A stretch of 64,000 nucleotides of DNA from Macrostomum lignano (Eukaryota), in the NCBI GenBank assembly GCA_002269645.1, contig NIVC01002250.1, positions 62,001 to 126,000 of the forward strand. The letters run 5' to 3'. Shown in pieces: positions 26,870 through 38,500 of the stretch (its first letter is position 1; each line of letters starts with the position of its first letter). The notes under the pieces are model-generated. The model ran no database searches, was not told the origin of the DNA, and worked only from the letters and a program-made list of their open reading frames with translations. The translations under genes were made by a program, and so were the position numbers.

Positions 26870-27545
26870 GGTGCTAATAGAGTAAAGTATGGCAATACCC
26901 ATGATCCTAATATAGTACAGCATAGCAATACCCCATGAAGTATAGCAATACCCCATGATTCTAATATAGTAGAGTATAACAATACCCCATGACCGAAAAA
27001 AGTGTGGCAAAATACTCCATGATCCTAAAATTGTAGCAAAATACCCTATGAGCCAGAATAGCATGGCCAGAATACTCCATGATCCAGAATAGTATGGCAA
27101 GAATACCCCATGATCCAGAATAGTATGGCAAGAATGCTCCATGATCCTGATTAGTATGGCAAGAATACTCTATAATCCAGAATAGAATGGCAAGAATACC
27201 CCATGATCCAGAATAGTATGGCAAGAATACCCCATGATCCAGAATAGTATGGCAAGAATACCCCATGATCCAGAATAGTATGGCAAGAATACCCCATGAT
27301 CCAGAATAGTATGGCAAGAATACCCCATGATCCAGAATAGTATGGCAAGAATACCCCATGATCCAGAATAGTATGGCAAGAATACCCCATGATCCAGAAT
27401 AGTATGGCAAGAATACCCCATGATCCAGAATAGTATGGCAAGAATACCCCATGATCCAGAATAGTATGGCAAGAATACCCCATGATCCAGAATAGTATGG
27501 CAGGAATACCCCATGATCCAGATTAGTATGGCAAGAATACCCCAT
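26870..27545. repeat. 31-bp minisatellite (GAATAGTATGGCAAGAATACCCCATGATCCA), degenerate toward the left
   Basis: Unit read directly; lies upstream of the ZNF280-like ATG. Confidence 0.95.
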
Positions 27546-29551
27546 GCAACATAAAACAGTATGTCATTTACCCATACTACTAAGTTGGCATGCACCACGC
27601 ATGAAAATAGGCGAAGGCAAAGGCCAGTATTTTAAGGATAAATAGACAGTCAACTCTAATTTATTTAGTTATTATGATTACTAATGTAGTCCTTCGGCGA
27701 GGCAAAATAAGAATTATTCGGTACTAAACTATACAAATAAATTAGCGGGTTAGGAAAAGGAAATCATTAATGGATTAATTGATTATTGCTAAACTATGCT
27801 GCTGTCTATAGGTAGAGCGGCTACTACGTTAAGAAAGTTAAACTAAATTATAAATTATAACAAATTCTAACGGGCGCGAAAAAGATGATTGGATGAACTA
27901 TCATAAAAAAATGTTTTCAAAAAATCACACACTCTGTTTAATAGATTATAATCATAATAGGGGGAAAGCGATTCATAAATAGATATTCTACATATATTAT
28001 AAGCTACAACATGAGCAGTGTGAGCACACTAGAGTTTTTCTACCAATTTAAATTATCTGTTCAACCCAACAAGCCGCTACTTAGAATTTGTTATTCGTAA
28101 GACATGCCAGCGGAGAGCCGATTCTTGCATAGAAAGAAATAAAAAAAACACACAATATTACTTAGGCAAACACAACTTATACGAGTAGATTATATATACT
28201 ACTAAAGACCACAAGCCAATGAGTAGTGTAGAAAAAAGTGCGATTTTTTTGTTTAAAAATGGCTAATTGTTTTTATGATGAAAAAAAGTTAAATTGAACA
28301 ATTTTTTTTGTTTTAATCGATGGATGTAAAATGAGGAAAATGTGTTTTTCGATAACAGAAGAGACAAAAAATGATTTTGATTTGTTATAAAAACAGTATT
28401 TAAATTTCACTGGTCAAATGTTCATCCGCTCGCTAGCGACAGTTTCTGCTTTAGAAACCACAGTTTAGCGGGCACCGGGCAGTGTGGTCTGTTGAAATTT
28501 GTAGCTTATAATTGTTCTAATGATTGAATTAAATAGATCAAGATTAGTTAAGCCTCGTGTGTACATTTATGAGAACAGTAGATGAGTTACCAAGAAGAAG
28601 TTATTGAAAAAAATGACTTCACATAACAGTATAACAGCTTTTTATTTTAGTCTGAGACAGACAAAAATTGAAGGCAACTCCGCTTGGCAATGTCTTTCTA
28701 AAGTATCCTCAATAATCTTATTAACACCTGTAATTTTGTCTAGAGAGAATTCCAACCTGTGCTCACAACTGAAGTTGTTTAAAAAACGAACAAAAAACAC
28801 ACAACAGAAGAAAATTTGCAAATCCTACAGATATTTACTAATTAGTAAGGTGAATAAATAATCACCATTATATGATCCGCACTCTAGCTATAATCTACGA
28901 GTATGAAATCTAAGCAAAACAACTACAACTAAAATGTGCCAATCAAAAGGTTGACAGGCAAGCAGGAAATAAAAAAGCAACACTATGGATGAAATATGAA
29001 AGATAGAAACTATTGTATGAGCGTAGTTATACGCGATAAACACATGGGGGAAGCAAGGCTCAAGTTAGGATGCCGTATAGACATGACCAATTACATTTTT
29101 GTAAAAATTCATAACCTAAAAAGCTATTTTTCAAAAATTTTATTGAACTAAACTACATGTATATAGTCATTAGTACTAGGAGAGGTGGTAAGACACGTGG
29201 TGCTCCTGTAGATTTCAGACTGGGAGTTGATAGGTTAGCAAGTTTTCGAATTAGAGAAAAAAACCACAGATCCTAAAACACTCGATTGGTCCCGATTTAT
29301 GCTACTTTCTTTAGTCTATAGCAGCATATAGAGTGCAAATAGCTGTCGGATTTTGCGACAAGACCTCAGACTTGTCACAGTTAGAGCAGGAAGCTCGTTG
29401 GACCAACGCTGGTTTTAGTATCTGTGATGAAAAAAACACTAATTTACTTTTATAGGGCCAAGTAGAGGCGCTAAAGTTCAAAACTGAAAAAATTTTCTAT
29501 TCTACCGCAAAGCGTCAATTTCTAGCCGACAAAAAAGAGCTTGTCGTCCTT

Positions 29552-32500
29552 TTACTTCGCCCCTTTCTTGTTGCCAGCGGCGGCAACAGCGGCTGCGGCA
29601 GCTTCGTCGCTAAGCGGCTTCTCGTGCGGGGCCGGCAACTTAATGCCGTGCGGATCAACGCCCCAGATGTCCTTGGCGTACTCCATGATGGTGCGATCAG
29701 ACGAGAACTTTCCAGACGCGGCGATATTGAGCAGGCTCATTTTCGCCCACTTGTTCGTGTCCTGTCGGTGATTGGTGTTTTTGGTTGGGAACTAAATCGT
29801 GTATGATTTACAGTACATACTACTTCTCTTGTAAACAAGAAGTAATGTATAGCGAAAGTGGAATTTGCACAATTGATGCAACATAGACGTTAAAAGATAT
29901 CAAAAACAGCGCATTTAATTTCTATATACTGGCACTGGAATCTGGTTCCGTGGTGCCTGTCCATATGCCAGATAAACAAGATCACAACTGTATCAAGACA
30001 CAAAAATACAAACACACATAAGCAGTATTATCACTATATCAGCAGTAGAAAAGACAATTGTGTACTTTAAAAACGGCCGACAGAACTGCATGCAGAAACC
30101 TATATATGCTAGTAGCGTGGAGCCATGCAAACGTTAAATGTCGTGAAAGGCTGTTCGTTGGCTTGCAGGTACAGATAGAGAGAGGGGAGAGAGATAGAGG
30201 GGAGGAGGAGCGAGAAAATAGAGTGCTGGCTGTACGTACTTTTTAAGCTACAGTTGAGGTAAACTGCATTAGCCTAGACAAGCAATGAATTCAGTCTGCG
30301 ATGCCACCCGTAGGCTGGGCAGAATAGAATAAGAAGAATATAAGAGAGAGAATTTGCAATGTTTTGGAATTATGAGAGCAAAAAATAAGCATTGTATACA
30401 GCACTATAAACTGCTGATGGCTGACATGTTAGGGTACCTGGCTGGATAAGATGAGACTAAAACACATGCGTCGTACAGTGCGCACTAGTAATGAATGAAC
30501 CGCAACTTGCGTGAATTTGTCATTTGTAGGCTTTTTATTAGCAACATTAACCAACTCTAGCCATAACTATTTACTCTCTCCTCGCCGGCCTAAGCTGGGG
30601 CATTGCCGACCCCCAGTTGAGACGAGAAGAACCACTGGCTTAGTGTGAGTTGCGTCACTTGGGGCTGAGATCTGAGCAAGTTTGACCACTGGTTTCGAGG
30701 TGGAAACTTTAACAGGTTGCCGAGTGTACACAGTAACTATCTGTGTTTAAAAGCATAACAGGGTCTCCAGTTAGCCAATATATGGTTTTGGCAGTCAAAC
30801 AGTTCAATAATCATGAAGGGATGTACTTAATGACCTTGAAGGGGTACTCAGCTACTATGAAGGTGTACTCAATCATCATGAAGATGTACTTGTTTATCAT
30901 GAAGGGTACTCAATGATCATGAAGGGGTACTCAATGATCATGTCATGAAGGGGTACTCAATGATCATGTCATGAAGGGGTACTCAATGATCATGTCATGA
31001 AGGGGTACTCAATGATCATGTCATGAAGGGGTACTCAATGATCATGTCATGAAGGGGTACTCAATGATCATGTCATGAAGGGGTACTCAATGATCATGAA
31101 GGATACTCAATGATCATGAAGGGGTACTCAATGATCATGTCATGAAGGGGTACTCAATGATCATGTCATGAAGGGGTACTCAATGATCATGAAGGGGTAC
31201 TCAATGATCATGAAGGGGTACTCAATGATCATGTCATGAAGGGGTACTCAATGATCATGAAGGATACTCAATGGTCATGAAGGGATACTCAATGATCATG
31301 AAGGGGTACTCAATGATCATGTCATGAAGGGGTACTCAATGATCATGTCATGAAGGGGTACTCAATGATCATGTCATGAAGGGGTACTCAATGATCATGA
31401 AGGGGTACTCAATGATCATGTCATGAAGGGGTACTCAATGATCATGTCATGAAGGGGTACTCAATGATCATGTCATGAAGGGGTACTCAATGATCATGAA
31501 GGGGTACTCAATGATCATGTCATGAAGGGGTACTCAATGATCATGAAGGATACTCAATGATCATGTCATGAAGGGGTACTCAATGATCATGTGATGAAGG
31601 GGTACTCAATGGTCATGTCATGAAGGGGCACTCAATGATCATGAAGGGACGAAACAGGATGCGTTAGAACTCACCATGTAGGTGGCGGACACCACATCCT
31701 GAGCCCGCATATAGTCCTCATAGTCGGCCAGGAGCATGAAGCGATCGTGGTTCACCAAATTGTTGTAAATTTCTTGAAACAAAGCAGGATTCTCCGGCGA
31801 GAAAGCGCCATCCCGGATCATGTCCAGGCAGCGGCGCAGCTCGCCATTCTTCTCGTAGTATTCACGCGGTTTATAGCCGCGCTGGCCTAGCTCCTTGACT
31901 TGATCAACTGACATGCCGAATACGAACATATTCTCGCGGCCCATCTCTTCGCACATTTCAACATTGGCGCCGTCCATTGTGCCAATAGTCAGGGCTCCGT
32001 TTAGCATGAATTTCATGTTGCCGGTGCCAGAAGCCTCGGTGCCGGCTGTGCTAATCTGCTGGGACAGATCGGCTGCCGGGAAGATCTTCTCGGCCAGACT
32101 GACTCGATAGTTTTCTAGGTATACAACCCGAAGTCGCTTGCCAACAATGGGATCGTTGTTGACGACCCGGCCGACCGAATTGATGAGCTTGATGATCAGC
32201 TTGGCCATGTGGTAGCCTGGAGCGGCCTTGCCGCCGATCATGACAGTCCTGGGCGCGTGCTTGCCCTGCGGATTGTCTCTGATGCGATTGTACTGCGTGA
32301 TCACGTACAGGCAGTTGAGCAGCTGGCGCTTGTACTCGTGAATGCGCTTCACCTGCGAATTAAGGGCGGCGGATGAGGCATCAAATGCTGCTGAGATTCT
32401 CAAGGGTTTCAAGGGAATTTCCAGGATCAACTATGGCTTCTACGGGAATTTCTATGATTGATTATGGCTTCTACGGGAATTTCTATGATTGATTATGGCT

Positions 32501-35500
32501 TCTATGGGAATTTCTATGATTGATTATAACTTCTACGGGAATTTCTATGATTGATTATGGCTTCTATGGGAATTTCTATGATTGATTATGGCTTCTATGG
32601 GAATTTCTATGATTGATTATGGCTTCTATGGGAATTTCTATGATTGATTATGGCTTCATGGATATTTCTATGATTGATTATGGCTTCTACGGGAATTTCT
32701 ATGATTGATTATGGCTTCTATGGGAATTTCTATGATTGATTATGGCTTCTACGGGAATTTCTATGATTGATTATGGCTTCTACGGGAATTTCTATGATTG
32801 ATTATGGCTTTATGGATATTTCTATGATTGATTATGGCTTTATGGATATTTCTATGATTGATTATGGCTTCTATGGGAATTTCTATGATTGATTATGGCT
32901 TCTATGGGAATTTCTATGATTGATTATGGCTTCATGGATATTTCTGGGATCGACTAGGGCTTCAGTGGAATTTCTGGGATCGACTAGGGCTTCAGTGGAA
33001 TTTCTGGGATCGACTAGGGCTTCAGTGGAATTTCTGGGATCCACTAGGGCTTCAGGGAAATTGGTGAGATAAGCTAAAACTTCAGCGTTCTCAGGAGATT
33101 GGTTTCCAAGTTTCCAATTGTTTCGTCTATAAATAACAAGATTTATAGAACAGGGAACTTGAGCACATTGAGAACAAATGGCGGCTATAAGATTATAAGT
33201 AAAACAAACCTGTATGTCAAACATGCTCGAAGGGTCGACCTTGATCTTGAACTCGCGGTCAATATATTCGGCAAACTTGCGTTTATTCTGATCCTTAACC
33301 TTCATTAGTTCGCGCAAGAAATTCTGATCATTTTGCAGCGACTCCAGGCCGCGCAGTTTGAACAGATCGGTGACCCAGTCGAATCCAATCTTCTCAGTGA
33401 TAAGCTCAGACAGGTTGGGGTTGCACAGCAGCAGCCAACGCCTAGGCGTGATTCCGTTAGTCTTGTTCTGGAACTTCTCCGGCCACATGGCGTAGAAATC
33501 GCGGAACACGTCAGATTTGATGAGCTCAGAGTGGATCCGGGCAACGCCATTCACAGCGTGGCTGCCAACCACGCACAGGTAGGCCATGTTGATGCGCTTG
33601 TCGCCGTCCTCCTCAACTAGGCTCATCCGGCGAACGCGGTCCATGTCGCCGGGGAATTTTTCCAGCACAAGATGGATGAAGCGCTGGTTGATATCGTAGA
33701 TAATCTCCAGGTGACGGGGCAGGCAGTACTGCAGGGTGGCAACTGGCCAGCGCTCCAGAGCCTCGGGCAGGATAGTGTGATTAGTATAGGCGAAGGTCTT
33801 CACGCAGATGTCCCAGGCCTCCTCCCATTTCAGGCCTTCAATGTCAACAAGCACCCGCATGAGCTCGGGTATGGCCAGGCTGGGATGCGTGTCATTCAGC
33901 TGGATGGCCACCTTGTCCGGGAAGGCGGTAAAGTCCGTGCGCACGTGAGCGGTTGAGCCAAATTTCGAGGCCTTGAATCGGCGAATGATGTCCTGCAGGG
34001 TGGAGGCGACTAAGAAGTACTCCTGTTTGAGACGGAGCTCCTTGCCTTCGAAGAAGTTATCGTTTGGATAGAGCACTCGGCTGATGTTCTCGGCTTCGTT
34101 GCGGTCGCACACGGCCGAGATGTACTCACCGGAGTTAAATGAGTGCAGATTGAAGCTCTGCGGAGCTTTGGCTGTCCACAGGCGCAGCGTGTTGCAGTTG
34201 TTATTGCCGTAGCTGGGAGGGGTGGAGGGCATTTATTATTAGCCAATCAGTTTCTATCACCAAGGATTTCTAAAGTATTCAGACTTTACTTAGGGAGTCA
34301 ATGGGTTTTTTGTTAGTCAATGTACTGAGGGAATTGATCAGATATAGTCAAGGAACCAAGGGGAATTGATCAGATATAGTCAAGGAACCAAGGGGAATTG
34401 ATCAGATATAGTCAAGGAACCAAGGGGAATTGATCAGATATAGTCAAGGAACCAAGGGGAATTGATCAGATATAGTCAAGGAACCAAGGGGAATTGATCA
34501 GATATTGTCAAGGAACCAAGGGGAATTGATCAGATATAGTCAAGGAACCAAGGGGAATTGATCAGATATAGTCAAGGAACCAAGGGGAATTGATCAGATA
34601 TAGTCAAGGAACCAAGGGGAATTGATCAGATATAGTCAAGGAACCAAGGGGAATTGATCAGATATAGTCAAGGAACCAAGGGGAATTGATCAGATATAGT
34701 CAAGGAACCAAGGGGAATTGATCAGATATAGTCAAGGAACCAAGGGGAATTGATCAGATATAGTCAAGGAACTGGGGGGAATTGATCAGATATAGTCAAG
34801 GAACCGAGGGGAATTGATCAGATATAGTCAAGGAACCAAGGGGAATTGATCAGATATAGTCAAAAGGAACCGAGGGGAATTGATCAGATATTGTCAAAAG
34901 GAACCAAGGGGAATTCATCAGATATAGTCAAAAGGAACCGAGGGGAATTGATCAGATATTGTCAAGGAACCAAGGGGAATTGATCAGATATAGTCAAGGA
35001 ACCAAGGGGAATTGATCAGATATAGTCAAGGAACCAAGGGGAATTGATCAGATATAGTCAAAAGGAACCGAGGGGAATTGATCAGATATAGTCAAGGAAC
35101 CAAGGGGAATTGATCAGATATAGTCAAGGAACCAAGGGGAATTGATCAGATATAGTTCTGCGGAGCTTTGGCTGTCCACAGACGCAGCGTGTTGCAGTTG
35201 TTATTGCCGTAGCTGGGAGGGGTGGAGGGCATTTATTATTAGCCAATCAGTTTTTATCACCAAGGATTTCTAAAGTATTCAGACTTTACTTAGGGAGTCA
35301 ATGGGTTTTTTGTTAGTCAATGTACTGAGGGAATTGATCAGATATAGTCAAGGAACCAAGGGGAATTGATCAGATATAGTCAAGGAACCAAGGGGAATTG
35401 ATCAGATATAGTCAAGGAACCAAGGGGAATTGATCAGATATAGTCAAAAGGAACCGAGGGGAATTGATCAGATATAGTCAAGGAACCAAGGGGAATTGAT

Positions 35501-38500
35501 CAGATATAGTCAAGGAACCAAGGGGAATTGATCAGATATAGTCAAAAGGAACCGAGGGGAATTGATCAGATATTGTCAAGGAACCAAGGGGAATTGATCA
35601 GATATAGTCAAGGAACCAAGGGGAATTGATCAGATATAGTCAAGGAACCGAGGGGAATCGATCAGATATAGTCAAGGAACCAAGGGGAATTGATCAGATA
35701 TAGTCAAGGAACCGAGGGGAATTGATCAGATATAGTCAAGGAACCAAGGGGAATTGATCAGATATAGTCAAGGAACCGAGGGGAATTGATCAGATATAGT
35801 CAAGGAACCGAGGGGAATCGATCAGATATAGTCAAGGAACCAAGGGGAATTGATCAGATATAGTCAAGGAACCAAGGGGAATTGATCAGATATAGTCAGG
35901 GAACCAAGGGGAATTGATCAGATATAGTCAAGGAACCAAGGGGAATTGATCAGATATAGTCAAGGAACCGAGGGGAATCGATCAGATATAGTCAGGGAAC
36001 CAAGGGGAATTGATCAGATATAGTCAAGGAACCAAGGGGAATTGATCAGATATAGTCAAGGAACCGAGGGGAATTGATCAGATATAGTCAAGGAACCAAG
36101 GGGAATTGATCAGATATAGTCAAGGAACCGAGGGGAATTGATCAGATATAGTCAAGGAACCAAGGGGAATTGATCAGATATAGTCAAGGAACCGAGGGGA
36201 ATTGATCAGATATAGTCAAGGAACTGGGGGGAATTTATGCGTGTTTTAACGCATCAATCTGCACCAGAATGAGTAAATAAAACAAGCAGGGTTCCAAACT
36301 CACCCAGGCACAGGCGTATCGTAGGGCATAGCAAAGATGACCTGGGTGTCCACCCACTTCTTGGCACCGTTGCGCGCAGTCTCCACTCGGCCATAGAAAT
36401 TCACAGGCAGCAGGTACTCAGGCCGGGCCTTCTCCCACGGATTTCCGAATCTCAGCCAGTCGTCTGGCTCTTCGACTTGCCAACCGTCGGCAATCTTCTG
36501 CTGGAAGATGCCATAGTCGTAGCGAATGCCATAGCCATAGGCGGCCAGGCCCAAGGTGGCCATGGAGTCCAGGAAGCAGGCGGCCAGCCGGCCGAGACCG
36601 CCATTGCCCAGCCCGGCGTCCTCTTCAATCTCTTCGAGTTCCTCAAGCTCGAGGCCCAGCTGATAGAGCGACTCGTCAATGGCCTGGGTCAGGCCCAGAT
36701 TAGTCATGGTGTTAGTCAGGGTGCGGCCCATGTAGAACTCCATGGACAGGTAGTAGATGCGCTGATTATGGGGTAAGGAAAAGTTTTTAGCTGTTACATG
36801 TTTTTAGAATTAATTACCTTTTTAATAAAGTCACCATTTATATAGACTTTCCCTAGGGTAGAGCTTTAATCTGCTAGCCAATCTAGGCACTAGCTAGTAT
36901 GAATTGTGGTAGACCAAGACTAAATGACAAAATTAATAACTTTTTGGACCCAATTTTTGATGGCAAAGATTTTTACCCTATCCATGGAAGTTGCATAGCC
37001 TGTGTAATTTAATGACTATACAGATATGACATAATAGCTTCCTACTCTAGTGTTGTAAGTGCTTAATTGTCTATTCAATTTATCATTGTCTTCTAAAAAT
37101 AAATGGGAACTAATATAGAACTTACTAGAAAAAAAGTAAGTAAAAAAGCAAACTAAGAAAAAAATATATAGAAAAAACTAATGCTCAGGACTTCTAGTGA
37201 GGGTTTCATGACTTTATTATGTGAATGGAAGGCAACTTTGAGGAAAAGTAGGTTTTTTGCAAATGCATAACTTAGCAATATAGCTATACAGATAGAATAG
37301 CAAATACAAACTAGAAAAAGAAAAGAATATTTTGTCAAATAAAAACCCTTTCAAAACATTTATCTAGCTTTCACTGGGATAATAACAAACTAGGTTATCT
37401 TTTTTTTATAGGAATTGGCCTTTAAAAAACAGTGATACTTTCAAAAAGTGCTTTTATATTTTAAAACTTTAAAAAATTGGTGAGTTCTAGTATAAAAGTC
37501 AATATAAAATACAAAGTCAGTATAATAAATGATTTTTTTAAATCTTTAAATAATCTTTTGCTTTTTAGATACACTTGACGTTATTGATAAATTATATTGA
37601 TTATATTTTTTCAACAGACTAGCTTTGATGTCCCAAATTGAGAAACAACTTTTAACATGCTAAATCATGTCTATTATAAGAAAAAGGGAAATTAAAAGCA
37701 AAAGTTATAGTTAAAAGTGGCAACCTTTTTTGAGGTATAGTTTGTTATATTTATACATGCACAACCTTTGGAATCACCCAGCCATTTCTATTGGCAACAC
37801 ATACATGCAAGTTGCTATTGGCCAAGAGCAGTCATGTGACTATTATTCTGTCTAATAGCAACTTACATGTATGTGTTACCAATAGAAATGGCTGAGTGAA
37901 TCCCTAGGTTGCGCTTAAGCATAGTTATATTTCAAAAATATATGCCAAAAATAATAGTAAAGCCTTAGGATAGACCTATATAGCCTGAGTATGAACTAAT
38001 TTAATGATAAATTTGGCAGTAGAAATTTTCCATAAAAATGGCAAAAGCATAGGGACTATCAACTTAAGCTCATAAAGTGGAACCCAGGTAACCTAAATAC
38101 ACAAAAAAGTGATACATCATTTTGCTCATAGTTGCAGTGATACAACAAAGCTAGGTTTGACAAAAAGAAATGAAAATTAGACTTGGAATAGGTGAAACAA
38201 GCAAGGAGATATTTAGGGACTTTTTATGTCAACTTAAGCTAATAAAAAAGTCCCTAATTATCCCCTTGCTTGTTTCACCAATTCCAAGTCCAATTTCAAT
38301 TCCTTTTTTGTCAAACCTAGCTTCTTGGTATCACAACAACTATGAGCAAAATTATATTTATTATTTCATATATCATTTGAAATAATATCATTTTAAATGA
38401 TATTAAAAAGTATTTGATTTTTATACCTAGGATACTTAGGCTCCACTTTATGAACTTAAGTTGATGAGCCCTTTGTAACAGTCTAATCAAATTTGATAAA

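Noticed and set aside
22939-27598. Repeat ORFs (IDNLSI, VLQVLGGC, GYSCHTILDH; LRR-like appearance)
   Set aside because: These are intronic or intergenic minisatellites, several antisense to or inside the ZNF280-like gene.
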